A stretch of 64,000 nucleotides of DNA from Escherichia coli (GTDB lineage Bacteria; Pseudomonadota; Gammaproteobacteria; Enterobacterales; Enterobacteriaceae). Where the stretch lies: assembly GCF_016903815.1 (NCBI RefSeq), contig NZ_CP069973.1; one strand, written 5' to 3'. This document shows, piece by piece, positions 1 through 18,514 of this stretch. The notes below the pieces were generated by a model. It ran no database searches. It was given only the letters and a program-made list of their open reading frames with translations, and was not told where the DNA came from. Position numbers and translations under genes: made by a program. Every line of letters starts with the position of its first letter. The stretch's first letter is position 1.

Positions 1-846
1 AAATGCCTTCGCGGCGGCTGTCTGCCAGCTATTTTTCCGCCGCAACAAAACCGCCGTTCTCTCCAGTAACGGTGGGGCAAGGGATATAGCTTTAAGCCCG
101 TCATGTTGTGTGGCAATCGCTGCTGGCAACAATGTGGAAAGGGAAGTGCGGCGAATCAGCTCCAGAACCGCGCTAATTGAGTTCGCCTCAATGACCACCT
201 GTGGATGTAGCCCCGCTTTCTCGCAGTAGTGGTCAATTTGCTCTCTGGTGGCAAATTCCGCGCTGAGCAGGACCAGTTTTTCATCATGCAAGCGACTCAA
301 CGCCACCTGTTCACAGGCAGCCAGCGGATGATGTTGCGCCACGACTAACGCTAAACTTTCTGTCAGTAAAGGAATTGCCTCCAGCTCCGGCGAATGCACA
401 GGCGTGAAGGCAATCCCAACGTCCAACTCGTCGCGACAAAGCAGATCTTCGATTTTCTCCTGCGACATTTCCTGTAGCTGGAGCGTGATGCCGGGGTAGC
501 GCGCATAGAAATCCGCCATTAAAGGGCCGATAAAGTAGCTTGTAAAGGTGGGAGTGACGGCGATACGCAGCGATCCTCGCGTCAGATCGGCAACATCATG
601 AATCGCCCGTTTACCCGCCCCCAGTTCCTGTAACGCCCGGCTGGCGTACTGTCGCCAGACTTCTCCTGCATCAGTGAGACGAATCGTTCGCCCACTACGG
701 TCAAACAGCGGCACGCCTAAACTTTCCTCTAACTGGCGAATCTGCTGGGAAAGTGCTGGCTGGGAGACGTGCAACGCACTGGCTGCACGGGTGAAGCTGC
801 CATGTTCAGCCACGGCAAGAAAATAATTGATATGTCGAGAGAGCAT
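1..846 (-). CDS. cynR: LysR-family regulator CynR, 3' end cut by window edge
   Basis: Reverse translation from ATG (complement of 844-846) reads [23 protein letters not shown]..., a LysR HTH N-terminus; divergent from cynT; ORF runs off the window start. Confidence 0.9.
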   Translation of the reverse strand, partial: MLSRHINYFLAVAEHGSFTRAASALHVSQPALSQQIRQLEESLGVPLFDRSGRTIRLTDAGEVWRQYASRALQELGAGKRAIHDVADLTRGSLRIAVTPTFTSYFIGPLMADFYARYPGITLQLQEMSQEKIEDLLCRDELDVGIAFTPVHSPELEAIPLLTESLALVVAQHHPLAACEQVALSRLHDEKLVLLSAEFATREQIDHYCEKAGLHPQVVIEANSISAVLELIRRTSLSTLLPAAIATQHDGLKAISLAPPLLERTAVLLRRKNSWQTAAAKAF

Positions 847-955
847 TCGCCAACCTATAAGTAAATCCAATAGAACTCATCATAAATGAGTCTTTTACCT
901 TATGACAATCGGCGAGTAGTCTGCCTCTCATTCCAGAGACAGACAGAGGTTAACG

Positions 956-1615
956 GTGAAAGAGATTATTGATGGATTCCTTAAATTCCAGCGCGAGGCA
1001 TTTCCGAAGCGGGAAGCCTTGTTTAAACAGCTGGCGACACAGCAAAGCCCGCGCACACTTTTTATCTCCTGCTCCGACAGCCGTCTGGTCCCTGAGCTGG
1101 TGACGCAACGTGAGCCTGGCGATCTGTTCGTTATTCGCAACGCGGGCAATATCGTCCCTTCTTACGGGCCGGAACCCGGTGGCGTTTCTGCTTCGGTGGA
1201 GTACGCCGTCGCTGCGCTTCGGGTATCTGACATTGTGATTTGCGGTCATTCCAACTGTGGCGCGATGACCTCCATTGCCAGCTGTCAGTGCATGGACCAT
1301 ATGCCTGCCGTCTCCCACTGGCTGCGTTATGCCGATTCAGCCCGCGTCGTTAATGAGGCGCGCCCGCATCCCGATTTACCGTCAAAAGCTGCGGCGATGG
1401 TACGTGAAAACGTCATTGCTCAGTTGGCTAATTTGCAAACTCATCCATCGGTGCGCCTGGCGCTCGAAGAGGGGCGGATCGCCCTGCACGGCTGGGTCTA
1501 CGACATTGAAAGCGGCAGCATCGCAGCTTTTGACGGCGCAACCCGCCAGTTTGTGCCACTGGCCGCTAATCCTCGCGTTTGTGCCATACCGCTACGCCAA
1601 CCGACCGCAGCGTAA
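956..1615 (+). CDS. cynT: Beta-class carbonic anhydrase CynT
   Basis: 219 aa ORF, GTG start preceded by AGAGGT; sequence matches CynT as I recall it. Confidence 0.93.
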   Translation: MKEIIDGFLKFQREAFPKREALFKQLATQQSPRTLFISCSDSRLVPELVTQREPGDLFVIRNAGNIVPSYGPEPGGVSASVEYAVAALRVSDIVICGHSNCGAMTSIASCQCMDHMPAVSHWLRYADSARVVNEARPHPDLPSKAAAMVRENVIAQLANLQTHPSVRLALEEGRIALHGWVYDIESGSIAAFDGATRQFVPLAANPRVCAIPLRQPTAA

Positions 1616-1627
1616 CCTTATTTTTAA

Positions 1628-2116
<489 letters not shown>

Positions 2117-2148
2117 CAGCCATGCGCAACCATCAAAAGACGTTCACG

Positions 2149-3303
2149 ATGCTGCTGGTTCTGGTGCTGATTGGTCTTAATATGCGACCACTGCTCACCT
2201 CCGTCGGGCCACTGCTACCGCAATTGCGCCAGGCAAGCGGAATGAGCTTTAGCGTGGCTGCCCTGTTGACCGCTCTGCCGGTGGTTACCATGGGCGGGCT
2301 GGCGCTGGCCGGAAGCTGGCTTCATCAGCATGTCAGCGAACGTCGCAGCGTCGCCATCAGTTTGTTACTGATTGCCGTCGGTGCATTGATGCGTGAGCTT
2401 TACCCCCAAAGTGCGCTGCTGCTTAGCAGCGCACTGCTTGGTGGAGTGGGGATCGGCATCATTCAGGCAGTGATGCCTTCGGTAATTAAGCGGCGGTTTC
2501 AGCACCGTACGCCACTGGTGATGGGGCTGTGGTCCGCGGCTCTGATGGGCGGCGGTGGCCTTGGTGCTGCCCTGACGCCCTGGTTAGTTCAACATAGCGA
2601 AACCTGGTATCAAACACTCGCCTGGTGGGCGCTGCCTGCCGTTGTTGCGCTCTTTGCCTGGTGGTGGCAAAGCGCCCGCGAGGTCGCCTCTTCTCACAAG
2701 ACAACAACCACTCCGGTTCGCGTGGTATTTACTCCCCGCGCCTGGACGCTGGGTGTTTACTTCGGTCTGATTAACGGCGGTTACGCCAGCCTGATTGCCT
2801 GGTTACCCGCTTTCTATATTGAGATTGGTGCCAGCGCGCAGTACAGCGGTTCCTTGCTGGCATTGATGACGCTTGGGCAAGCAGCAGGGGCATTGCTGAT
2901 GCCTGCTATGGCTCGCCATCATGATCGGCGGAAACTTTTGATGCTGGCGCTGGCGTTACAACTGGTGGGGTTCTGCGGCTTTATCTGGCTGCCGCTGCAA
3001 TTGCCGGTATTGTGGGCAATGGTGTGTGGATTAGGTCTGGGCGGCGCATTTCCGTTCTGTTTGCTGCTGGCGCTCGATCACTCTGCGCAACCGGCTATTG
3101 CTGGCAAACTGGTGGCGTTTATGCAGGGGATCGGTTTTATCATCGCCGGGCTTGCTCCCTGGTTTTCTGGCGTGCTGCGTAGTATCAGTGGCAATTACTT
3201 GATGGACTGGGCGTTTCATGCGCTGTGCGTCGTTGGGCTGATGATCATAACCCTGCGTTTTGCACCAGCACGTTTTCCGCAGCTGTGGGTCAAAGAGGCA
3301 TGA
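2149..3303 (+). CDS. cynX: MFS cyanate transporter CynX
   Basis: Hydrophobic multi-TM ORF; start set at internal ATG (MLLVLVLIG...) to give 384 aa; track ORF begins 27 nt upstream at 2122. Confidence 0.85.
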   Translation: MLLVLVLIGLNMRPLLTSVGPLLPQLRQASGMSFSVAALLTALPVVTMGGLALAGSWLHQHVSERRSVAISLLLIAVGALMRELYPQSALLLSSALLGGVGIGIIQAVMPSVIKRRFQHRTPLVMGLWSAALMGGGGLGAALTPWLVQHSETWYQTLAWWALPAVVALFAWWWQSAREVASSHKTTTTPVRVVFTPRAWTLGVYFGLINGGYASLIAWLPAFYIEIGASAQYSGSLLALMTLGQAAGALLMPAMARHHDRRKLLMLALALQLVGFCGFIWLPLQLPVLWAMVCGLGLGGAFPFCLLLALDHSAQPAIAGKLVAFMQGIGFIIAGLAPWFSGVLRSISGNYLMDWAFHALCVVGLMIITLRFAPARFPQLWVKEA

Positions 3304-3343
3304 TGCGACGCTTGTTTCGCCAGATAATGGAAGAGTGAATTAT

Positions 3344-3373
3344 TGTCGGATGTGCCCAATGGCGCATCCGACA
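3344..3373. terminator. Hairpin between convergent cynX and lacA (intrinsic terminator for cynX)
   Basis: TGTCGGATG / CATCCGACA 9-bp stem, followed by TTTATTT on the + strand. Confidence 0.7.
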
Positions 3374-3390
3374 TTTATTTCAGTGCTTAT

Positions 3391-4002
3391 TTAAACTGAA
3401 GGCTCAACTTTATAATCTTTGTAATAATAGTGCTTATCCCGGTCGTTTATTTCGCGAATAACTCGACAAGGAACGCCAGCAGCCACGACGTTTGGTGGAA
3501 TGTCTTTTGTGACGACACTACCCGCGCCAATAACAGAATTATCCCCGATGGTGACGCCTGGATTAATAACCACATGACTTCCGATCCAGACGTTATTGCC
3601 AATCGTTATCGGAAAAGAGTACATCTCACCGTTTTTTCTCAATTCATGGTGTACAGGGTGTCCCGTAACGGAAAGAGTAACATTGGGTGCAATCAATACG
3701 TTATCACCGATCGTTACCGTGTAGTCGTCTACAATGGTTAAATTGAAATTTGCATAAAAATTGCGGCCTATATGGATGTTGGAACCGTAAGAGAAATAGA
3801 CGGGTGGTTCTACCCAGGCGTTTTCCCCTACCGTGGCAAACATTTCTTTAATCAGGCTTTCTCTTTTTTCAACTTCTGATGGATGCGAGTGATTAAACTC
3901 ATACATTAACGTTTTCCCACGAAGTCTTTTTTCCGGTAAGCCTTCGCACATATCGGTAAATAGCTTGCCTGCTTTTATTCTTTCGGTCATTGGCATGTTC
4001 AT
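3391..4002 (-). CDS. lacA: Galactoside O-acetyltransferase LacA
   Basis: Hexapeptide-repeat protein; start at MNMPMTERI... (203 aa); track ORF is extended upstream into the lacY-lacA spacer. Confidence 0.93.
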   Translation of the reverse strand: MNMPMTERIKAGKLFTDMCEGLPEKRLRGKTLMYEFNHSHPSEVEKRESLIKEMFATVGENAWVEPPVYFSYGSNIHIGRNFYANFNLTIVDDYTVTIGDNVLIAPNVTLSVTGHPVHHELRKNGEMYSFPITIGNNVWIGSHVVINPGVTIGDNSVIGAGSVVTKDIPPNVVAAGVPCRVIREINDRDKHYYYKDYKVEPSV

Positions 4003-4028
4003 TGCGATCATCCGTCCTGATATGTTGG

Positions 4029-4057
4029 TCGGATAAGGCGCTCGCGCCGCATCCGAC
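4029..4057. repeat. REP-like palindrome in lacY-lacA spacer
   Basis: GTCGGATAAGGCGCTCGCGCCGCATCCGAC. Confidence 0.7.
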
Positions 4058-4066
4058 ATTGATTGC

Positions 4067-5365
<1,299 letters not shown>

Positions 5366-5371
5366 TTATTA

Positions 5372-8568
<3,197 letters not shown>

Positions 8569-9651
8569 TCACTGCCCGCTTTCGAGTCGGGAAATTTGTC
8601 GCGCCAGCTGCATTAAAGAATCTGCCAACGCCTGGGGAGAAGCGGTTTGCGTATTGGGCGGAAGGGTGGTTTTTCTTTTCACCAGTGAGACGGGCAACAG
8701 CTGATTGCCCTTCACCGCCTGGCCCTGAGAGAGTTGCAGCAAGCGGTCCACGCTGGTTTGCCCCAGCAGGCGAAAATCCTGTTTGATGGTGGTTAACGGC
8801 GGGATATAACACGAGCTGTCTTCGGTATCGTCGTATCCCACTACCGAGATATCCGCACCAACGCGCAGCCCGGACTCGGTAATGGCGCGCATTGCGCCCA
8901 GCGCCATCTGATCGTTGGCAACCAGCATCGCAGTGGGAACGATGCCCTCATTCAGCATTTGCATGGTTTGTTGAAAACCGGACATGGCACTCCAGTCGCC
9001 TTCCCGTTCCGCTATCGGCTGAATTTGATTGCGAGTGAGATATTTATGCCAGCCCGCCAGGCGCAGACGTGCCGAGACAGAACTTAATGGACCTGCTAAC
9101 AGAGCGATTTGCTGGTGACCCAATGCGACCAGATGCTCCACGCCCAGTCGCGTACCGTCTTCATGGGAGAAAATAATACTGTTGATGGGTGTCTGGTCAG
9201 AGACATCAAGAAATAACGCCGGAACATTAGCGCAGGCTGCTTCCACAGCAATGGCATCCTGGTCATCCAGCGGATAGTTAATGATCAGCCCACTGACGCG
9301 TTGCGCGAGAAGATTGTGCACCGCCGCTTTACAGGCTTCGACGCCGCTTCGTTCTACCATCGACACCACCACGCTGGCACCCAGTTGATCGGCGCGAGAT
9401 TTAATTGCCGCGACAATTTGCGACGGCGCGTGCAGGGCCAGACTGGAGGTGGCAACGCCAATCAGCAACGACTGTTTGCCCGCCAGTTGTTGTGCCACGC
9501 GGTTGGGAATGTAATTCAGCTCCGCCATCGCCGCTTCCACTTTTTCCCGCGTTTTCGCAGAAACGTGGCTGGCCTGGTTCACCACGCGGGAAACGGTCTG
9601 ATAAGAGACACCGGCATACTCTGCGACATCGTATAGCGTTACTGGTTTCAC
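8569..9651 (-). CDS. lacI: Lactose repressor LacI
   Basis: GTG start (VKPVTLYDVAEYAGVSYQTVSRVV...), 360 aa, ends ...RLESGQ; track ORF starts 9 nt upstream. Confidence 0.96.
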   Translation of the reverse strand: MKPVTLYDVAEYAGVSYQTVSRVVNQASHVSAKTREKVEAAMAELNYIPNRVAQQLAGKQSLLIGVATSSLALHAPSQIVAAIKSRADQLGASVVVSMVERSGVEACKAAVHNLLAQRVSGLIINYPLDDQDAIAVEAACANVPALFLDVSDQTPINSIIFSHEDGTRLGVEHLVALGHQQIALLAGPLSSVSARLRLAGWHKYLTRNQIQPIAEREGDWSAMSGFQQTMQMLNEGIVPTAMLVANDQMALGAMRAITESGLRVGADISVVGYDDTEDSSCYIPPLTTIKQDFRLLGQTSVDRLLQLSQGQAVKGNQLLPVSLVKRKTTLPPNTQTASPQALADSLMQLARQISRLESGQ

Positions 9652-9727
9652 ATTCACCACCCTGAATTGACTCTCTTCCGGGCGCTATCATGCCATACCG
9701 CGAAAGGTTTTGCGCCATTCGATGGTG
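9652..9727 (-). promoter_or_regulatory. lacI promoter region
   Basis: rc reads GACACCATCGAATGGCGCAAAACCTTTCGCGGTATGGCATGATAGCGCCCGGAAGAGAGTCAATTCAGGGTGGTGAATGTG, the constitutive lacI promoter as I recall it. Confidence 0.85.
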
Positions 9728-10561
9728 TCAACGTAAATGCATGCCGCTTCGCCTTCCCGCTACCAGAATAGCCTGCGATTCAACCCCTTCTTCGATCTGT
9801 TTTGCCACCCGTTGTAGCGCCGGAAGATGCTTTTCCGCTGCCTGTTCAATGGTCATTGCGCTCGCCATATACACCAGATTCAGACAGCCAATCACCCGTT
9901 GTTCACTGCGCAGCGGTACGGCAATAGAGGCGATCTTTTCTTCTTGATCCCAGCCGCGGTAGTTCTGTCCGTACCCCTCTTTGCGCGCGCGCGCCAGAAT
10001 GGCTTCCAGCTTTAACGGTTCCCGTGCCAGTTGATAGTCATCACCGGGACGGGTGGCTAATATTTCGATTAATTCCTTGCGTTCTTGTTCCGGGCAAAAG
10101 GCCAGCCAGGTCAGGCCCGAGGCGGTTTTCAGAAGCGGTAACCGTCGCCCGACCATTGCCCGGTGAAAGGATAAGCGGCTGAAACGGTGGGTGGTTTCGC
10201 GTACCACCATTGCATCAACATCCAGGGTGGACACATCTGTTGGCCAAACCACTTCGCGCAACAGATCGCCCAGCAGCGGGGCCGCCAGTGCAGAAATCCA
10301 CTGTTCGTCACGAAATCCTTCGCTTAATTGCCGCACTTTGATGGTCAGACGAAAACTATCATCGGAGGGACTACGCCGGACATATCCCTCTTCCTGCAGC
10401 GTCTCCAGCAGTCGCCGCACAGTGGTGCGATGCAGGCCGCTGAGTTCCGCCAGCAGCCCGACGCTGGCACCGCCGTCAAGTTTATTTAACATATTTAATA
10501 ACATTAGACCGCGGGTTAAGCCGCGCACGGTTTTGTATTCCGTCTGCTCATTGTTCTGCAT
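9728..10561 (-). CDS. mhpR: IclR-family activator MhpR
   Basis: 277 aa from MQNNEQTEYKTVRGL...; IclR HTH; divergent from mhpA. Confidence 0.92.
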   Translation of the reverse strand: MQNNEQTEYKTVRGLTRGLMLLNMLNKLDGGASVGLLAELSGLHRTTVRRLLETLQEEGYVRRSPSDDSFRLTIKVRQLSEGFRDEQWISALAAPLLGDLLREVVWPTDVSTLDVDAMVVRETTHRFSRLSFHRAMVGRRLPLLKTASGLTWLAFCPEQERKELIEILATRPGDDYQLAREPLKLEAILARARKEGYGQNYRGWDQEEKIASIAVPLRSEQRVIGCLNLVYMASAMTIEQAAEKHLPALQRVAKQIEEGVESQAILVAGRRSGMHLR

Positions 10562-10593
10562 ATTAATTGACATTTCTATAGTTAAAACAACGT

Positions 10594-10610
10594 TGTGCAC
10601 CTGGTGCACA
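10594..10610. promoter_or_regulatory. Perfect 17-bp palindrome in the mhpR-mhpA divergent promoter (candidate MhpR operator)
   Basis: TGTGCACCTGGTGCACA between divergent mhpR and mhpA starts; IclR-type regulators bind such palindromes. Confidence 0.65.
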
Positions 10611-10751
10611 TTCGGGCATGTTTTGATTGTAGCCGAAAACACCCTTCCTATACTGAGCGCACAATAAAAAATCATTTACATGTTTTTAACAAAATAAGTT
10701 GCGCTGTACTGTGCGCGCAACGGCATTTTGTCCGAGTCGTGAGGTACTGAA

Positions 10752-12416
10752 ATGGCAATACAACACCCTGACATCCAGCCTGCTGTTAACCATAGCGTTC
10801 AGGTGGCGATCGCTGGTGCCGGTCCGGTCGGGCTGATGATGGCGAACTATCTCGGCCAGATGGGCATTGACGTGCTGGTGGTGGAGAAACTCGATAAGTT
10901 GATCGACTACCCGCGGGCGATTGGTATTGATGACGAGGCGCTGCGCACCATGCAGTCGGTTGGCCTGGTCGATAATGTTCTGCCGCACACTACGCCGTGG
11001 CACGCGATGCGTTTTCTCACCCCAAAAGGTCGCTGTTTTGCTGATATTCAGCCAATGACCGATGAATTTGGCTGGCCGCGCCGTAACGCCTTTATTCAGC
11101 CGCAGGTCGATGCGGTGATGCTGGAAGGATTGTCGCGTTTTCCGAATGTGCGCTGCCTGTTTTCCCGCGAGCTGGAGGCCTTCAGCCAGCAAGATGACGA
11201 AGTGACCTTGCACCTGAAAACGGCAGAAGGGCAGCGGGAAACGGTCAAAGCCCAGTGGCTGGTGGCCTGTGATGGTGGGGCAAGTTTTGTCCGTCGCACT
11301 CTGAATGTGCCGTTTGAAGGTAAAACTGCGCCAAATCAGTGGATTGTGGTAGATATCGCCAACGATCCGTTAAGTACGCCCCATATCTATTTGTGTTGTG
11401 ATCCGGTGCGCCCGTATGTTTCTGCCGCGCTGCCTCATGCGGTACGTCGCTTTGAATTTATGGTGATGCCGGGAGAAACCGAAGAACAGCTGCGTGAGCC
11501 GCAAAATATGCGCAAGCTGTTAAGCAAAGTGTTGCCTAATCCGGACAATGTTGAATTGATTCGCCAGCGTGTCTACACCCACAACGCGCGACTGGCGCAA
11601 CGTTTCCGTATTGATCGCGTACTGCTGGCGGGCGATGCCGCGCACATCATGCCGGTGTGGCAGGGGCAGGGCTATAACAGTGGTATGCGCGACGCCTTTA
11701 ACCTCGCATGGAAACTGGCGTTGGTTATCCAGGGGAAAGCCCGTGATGCGCTGCTCGATACCTATCAACAAGAACGTCGCGATCACGCCAAAGCGATGAT
11801 TGACCTGTCCGTGACGGCGGGCAACGTGCTGGCTCCGCCGAAACGCTGGCAGGGTACGTTACGTGACGGCGTTTCCTGGCTGTTGAATTATCTGCCGCCA
11901 GTAAAACGCTACTTCCTCGAAATGCGCTTCAAGCCGATGCCGCAATATTACGGCGGTGCGCTGGTGCGTGAGGGCGAAGCGAAGCACTCTCCGGTCGGCA
12001 AGATGTTTATTCAGCCGAAAGTCACGCTGGAAAACGGCGACGTGACGCTGCTCGATAACGCGATCGGCGCGAACTTCGCGGTAATTGGCTGGGGATGCAA
12101 TCCACTGTGGGGGATGAGCGACGAGCAAATCCAGCAGTGGCGCGCGTTGGGCACACGCTTCATTCAGGTGGTGCCGGAAGTGCAAATTCATACCGCACAG
12201 GATAACCACGACGGCGTACTACGCGTGGGCGATACGCAAGGTCGCCTGCGTAGCTGGTTCGCGCAACACAATGCTTCGCTGGTGGTGATGCGCCCGGATC
12301 GCTTTGTTGCCGCCACCGCCATTCCGCAAACCCTGGGCAAGACCCTGAATAAACTGGCGTCGGTGATGACGCTGACCCGCCCTGATGCCGATGTTTCTGT
12401 CGAAAAGGTAGCCTGA
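10752..12416 (+). CDS. mhpA: 3-(3-hydroxyphenyl)propionate hydroxylase (FAD monooxygenase) MhpA
   Basis: 554 aa with GAGPVG FAD-binding fingerprint near N-terminus. Confidence 0.95.
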   Translation: MAIQHPDIQPAVNHSVQVAIAGAGPVGLMMANYLGQMGIDVLVVEKLDKLIDYPRAIGIDDEALRTMQSVGLVDNVLPHTTPWHAMRFLTPKGRCFADIQPMTDEFGWPRRNAFIQPQVDAVMLEGLSRFPNVRCLFSRELEAFSQQDDEVTLHLKTAEGQRETVKAQWLVACDGGASFVRRTLNVPFEGKTAPNQWIVVDIANDPLSTPHIYLCCDPVRPYVSAALPHAVRRFEFMVMPGETEEQLREPQNMRKLLSKVLPNPDNVELIRQRVYTHNARLAQRFRIDRVLLAGDAAHIMPVWQGQGYNSGMRDAFNLAWKLALVIQGKARDALLDTYQQERRDHAKAMIDLSVTAGNVLAPPKRWQGTLRDGVSWLLNYLPPVKRYFLEMRFKPMPQYYGGALVREGEAKHSPVGKMFIQPKVTLENGDVTLLDNAIGANFAVIGWGCNPLWGMSDEQIQQWRALGTRFIQVVPEVQIHTAQDNHDGVLRVGDTQGRLRSWFAQHNASLVVMRPDRFVAATAIPQTLGKTLNKLASVMTLTRPDADVSVEKVA

Positions 12417-12417
12417 T

Positions 12418-13362
12418 ATGCACGCTTATCTTCACTGTCTTTCCCACTCGCCGCTGGTGGGGTATGTCGACCCGGCGCAAGAGGTGCTCGATGAGGTCAA
12501 TGGCGTGATTGCCAGCGCCCGCGAGCGTATTGCGGCTTTCTCCCCTGAACTGGTGGTGCTGTTTGCGCCAGATCACTACAACGGCTTTTTCTATGACGTG
12601 ATGCCACCGTTCTGTTTAGGCGTTGGGGCGACGGCAATTGGTGATTTCGGTAGTGCGGCAGGAGAGCTGCCCGTACCTGTGGAGCTGGCGGAGGCCTGTG
12701 CGCATGCCGTCATGAAGAGCGGGATCGATCTTGCCGTTTCTTACTGTATGCAGGTGGACCACGGGTTCGCCCAGCCGCTGGAGTTCCTGCTCGGCGGGCT
12801 GGATAAGGTGCCGGTTTTGCCTGTGTTCATCAACGGTGTCGCCACGCCGTTGCCCGGTTTCCAGCGTACCCGCATGTTGGGTGAAGCCATTGGACGTTTC
12901 ACCAGTACTCTCAATAAACGCGTGCTGTTCCTGGGTTCCGGTGGGCTTTCCCATCAGCCGCCGGTGCCAGAACTGGCGAAAGCCGATGCCCATATGCGCG
13001 ACCGTCTGTTGGGGAGCGGGAAAGATTTACCCGCCAGTGAGCGCGAATTGCGTCAGCAACGGGTGATTAGCGCCGCTGAGAAGTTTGTTGAGGATCAGAG
13101 AACGCTGCATCCCCTCAACCCGATTTGGGATAACCAGTTCATGACTTTGCTGGAGCAGGGACGCATACAGGAACTGGATGCCGTCAGTAACGAAGAGCTT
13201 TCCGCCATTGCCGGAAAGTCGACACATGAAATCAAAACCTGGGTCGCCGCTTTTGCCGCTATTTCTGCGTTTGGCAACTGGCGTAGCGAAGGGCGTTATT
13301 ACCGCCCAATCCCGGAGTGGATTGCCGGATTTGGCTCGTTAAGCGCCAGAACAGAGAACTGA
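12418..13362 (+). CDS. mhpB: Extradiol dioxygenase MhpB
   Basis: 314 aa ORF immediately after mhpA stop; matches MhpB. Confidence 0.94.
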
Positions 13363-13379
13363 ATATGCAGGAGAAGATG

Positions 13380-14246
13380 ATGAGTTATCAGCCACAAACC
13401 GAAGCCGCCACCAGCCGTTTTCTGAATGTAGAAGAAGCGGGTAAAACGCTGCGCATCCATTTTAATGACTGCGGACAAGGCGACGAAACTGTTGTCCTGC
13501 TGCATGGTTCCGGCCCGGGTGCTACTGGCTGGGCGAACTTCAGCCGCAATATCGATCCGCTGGTAGAGGCGGGCTATCGGGTGATCCTGCTGGATTGTCC
13601 GGGTTGGGGTAAGAGCGATTCGATCGTTAATAGTGGTTCGCGATCGGATCTTAATGCGCGAATCCTGAAAAGCGTGGTGGATCAACTGGATATCGCCAAA
13701 ATCCACCTGCTGGGCAACTCGATGGGCGGCCACAGTTCTGTGGCGTTCACTCTTAACTGGCCGGAGCGCGTCGGCAAACTGGTGCTGATGGGCGGCGGTA
13801 CGGGCGGTATGAGTTTGTTTACGCCGATGCCAACCGAAGGTATTAAGCGACTGAATCAGCTTTATCGTCAGCCGACTATCGAAAACCTGAAGCTGATGAT
13901 GGATATCTTCGTTTTTGATACCAGCGATTTGACCGACGCCCTGTTTGAAGCGCGCCTGAATAATATGCTGTCGCGCCGCGATCACCTGGAAAACTTCGTT
14001 AAGAGCCTGGAAGCCAATCCGAAACAGTTCCCGGATTTTGGCCCACGTCTGGCGGAAATCAAAGCGCAAACCCTGATTGTCTGGGGGCGCAACGACCGCT
14101 TTGTACCGATGGATGCGGGTCTGCGTCTGCTGTCCGGCATTGCCGGTTCTGAACTGCATATCTTCCGCGACTGTGGTCACTGGGCGCAGTGGGAACATGC
14201 CGACGCTTTCAATCAACTGGTGCTGAATTTCCTCGCACGCCCTTAA
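13380..14246 (+). CDS. mhpC: Alpha/beta hydrolase MhpC
   Basis: Start at [11 protein letters not shown]... (288 aa); GNSMGG serine-hydrolase motif; alternative ATGs at 13365 and 13377. Confidence 0.92.
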
Positions 14247-16008
<1,762 letters not shown>

Positions 16009-16012
<4 letters not shown>

Positions 16013-17022
16013 ACGGTAAAAAACTTTATATTTCGGACGTCACGTTGCGTGACGGTATGCACGCCATTCGTCATCAGTATTCGCTGGAAAATGTCCGCCA
16101 GATTGCCAAAGCACTGGATGATGCCCGCGTGGATTCGATTGAAGTGGCCCACGGCGACGGTTTGCAAGGTTCCAGCTTTAACTATGGTTTCGGCGCACAT
16201 AGCGACCTAGAATGGATTGAAGCGGCGGCGGATGTGGTGAAGCACGCCAAAATCGCGACGTTGTTGCTGCCTGGAATCGGCACTATTCACGATCTGAAAA
16301 ATGCCTGGCAGGCTGGCGCGCGGGTGGTTCGTGTGGCAACGCACTGTACCGAAGCTGATGTTTCCGCCCAGCATATTCAGTATGCCCGCGAGCTCGGAAT
16401 GGACACCGTTGGTTTTCTGATGATGAGCCATATGACCACGCCGGAGAATCTCGCAAAGCAGGCAAAGCTGATGGAAGGCTACGGTGCGACCTGTATTTAT
16501 GTGGTGGATTCTGGCGGTGCGATGAACATGAGCGATATCCGTGACCGTTTCCGCGCCCTGAAAGCAGTGCTGAAACCAGAAACGCAAACCGGCATGCACG
16601 CTCACCATAACCTGAGTCTTGGCGTGGCGAACTCTATCGCGGCGGTGGAAGAGGGCTGCGACCGAATCGACGCCAGCCTCGCGGGAATGGGCGCGGGCGC
16701 AGGTAACGCGCCGCTGGAAGTTTTTATTGCCGCCGCGGATAAACTGGGTTGGCAGCATGGGACCGATCTCTATGCGTTAATGGATGCCGCTGACGACCTG
16801 GTGCGTCCGTTGCAGGATCGACCGGTACGAGTCGATCGCGAAACGCTGGCGCTGGGATACGCTGGTGTTTACTCGAGCTTCCTGCGTCACTGTGAAACGG
16901 CGGCGGCGCGTTATGGCTTAAGCGCGGTGGATATTCTCGTTGAGCTGGGCAAACGCCGGATGGTTGGCGGCCAGGAGGATATGATCGTCGACGTGGCGCT
17001 GGATCTGCGCAACAACAAATAA
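16009..17022 (+). CDS. mhpE: 4-hydroxy-2-oxovalerate aldolase MhpE
   Basis: 337 aa; 4-bp overlap with mhpF. Confidence 0.95.
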
Positions 17023-17070
17023 TGATGACTGCCGAGAACGTGCATTTTGTATGCCCATCCCAGCACGACT

Positions 17071-17104
17071 GCCGGATGCGGCGTAAACGCCTTGTTCGGC
17101 CTAC
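17071..17104. repeat. REP element between mhpE and mhpT
   Basis: GCCGGATGCGGCGTAAACGCCTTGTTCGGCCTAC. Confidence 0.8.
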
Positions 17105-17201
17105 ATTTTCTTCGCCTGTAGGCAGTCATTAAATGGTTCTGATTACGCGGCTGGCAATGTATCAGCCGCGATTCACCTGCTCTCGCAACGAGGTTCATCT
17201 T

Positions 17202-18413
17202 ATGTCGACTCGTATCCCTTCATCATCTTCATCCCGCCTGATGCTGACCATCGGGCTTTGTTTTTTGGTCGCTCTGATGGAAGGACTGGATCTTCAGGCG
17301 GCTGGCATTGCGGCGGGTGGCATCGCCCAGGCTTTCGCACTCGATAAAATGCAAATGGGCTGGATATTCAGCGCCGGAATACTCGGTTTGCTACCCGGCG
17401 CGCTGGTTGGCGGAATGCTGGCGGACCGTTATGGTCGTAAGCGTATTTTAATTAGCTCAGTTGCGCTGTTTGGTTTGTTCTCACTGGCAACGGCGATTGC
17501 CTGGGATTTCCCCTCACTGGTCTTTGCGCGGCTGATGACCGGTGTCGGGCTGGGGGCGGCGTTGCCGAATCTTATCGCCCTGACGTCTGAAGCCGCGGGT
17601 CCACGTTTTCGTGGGACGGCAGTGAGCCTGATGTATTGCGGTGTTCCCATTGGCGCGGCGCTGGCGGCGACACTGGGTTTCACGGGGGCAAACTTAGCCT
17701 GGCAAACGGTGTTTTGGGTCGGTGGTGTAGTGCCGTTGATTCTGGTGCCACTATTAATGCGCTGGCTGCCGGAGTCGGCGGTTTTCGCTGGCGAAAAACA
17801 GGCCGCGCCTCCACTGCGTGCGTTATTTGCGCCAGAAACGGCAACCGCGACGCTGCTGCTGTGGTTGTGTTATTTCTTCACTCTGCTGGTGGTCTACATG
17901 TTGATCAACTGGCTGCCGCTGCTTTTGGTGGAGCAAGGATTCCAGCCATCGCAGGCGGCAGGGGTGATGTTTGCACTGCAAATGGGGGCGGCAAGCGGGA
18001 CGTTAATGTTGGGCGCATTGATGGATAAGCTGCGTCCAGTAACCATGTCGCTACTGATTTATAGCGGCATGTTAGCTTCGCTGCTGGCGCTGGGAACAGT
18101 GTCGTCATTTAACGGTATGCTGCTGGCGGGATTCGTCGCGGGGTTGTTTGCGACAGGTGGGCAAAGCGTTTTGTATGCCCTGGCACCGTTGTTTTACAGT
18201 TCGCAGATCCGCGCAACAGGTGTGGGAACAGCCGTGGCGGTAGGGCGTCTGGGGGCTATGAGCGGTCCGTTACTGGCCGGGAAAATGCTGGCATTAGGCA
18301 CTGGCACGGTTGGCGTAATGGCCGCTTCTGCGCCGGGTATTCTTGTTGCTGGCCTGGCAGTGTTTATTTTGATGAGCCGGAGATCACGAATGCAGCCGTG
18401 CGCCGATGCCTGA
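17202..18413 (+). CDS. mhpT: MFS transporter MhpT
   Basis: Start at MSTRIPSSSSSRLMLTIGL... (403 aa); multi-TM MFS. Confidence 0.9.
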   Translation: MSTRIPSSSSSRLMLTIGLCFLVALMEGLDLQAAGIAAGGIAQAFALDKMQMGWIFSAGILGLLPGALVGGMLADRYGRKRILISSVALFGLFSLATAIAWDFPSLVFARLMTGVGLGAALPNLIALTSEAAGPRFRGTAVSLMYCGVPIGAALAATLGFTGANLAWQTVFWVGGVVPLILVPLLMRWLPESAVFAGEKQAAPPLRALFAPETATATLLLWLCYFFTLLVVYMLINWLPLLLVEQGFQPSQAAGVMFALQMGAASGTLMLGALMDKLRPVTMSLLIYSGMLASLLALGTVSSFNGMLLAGFVAGLFATGGQSVLYALAPLFYSSQIRATGVGTAVAVGRLGAMSGPLLAGKMLALGTGTVGVMAASAPGILVAGLAVFILMSRRSRMQPCADA

Positions 18414-18514
18414 CGCGCCTTATTAAGTAGGGGCGAAAGGGACTTGCCCCCAATACACCTACGGCGTTTACAGGTATACTCGCTAAAAATTATTCAGCGG
18501 GTTTGGAAACAAAG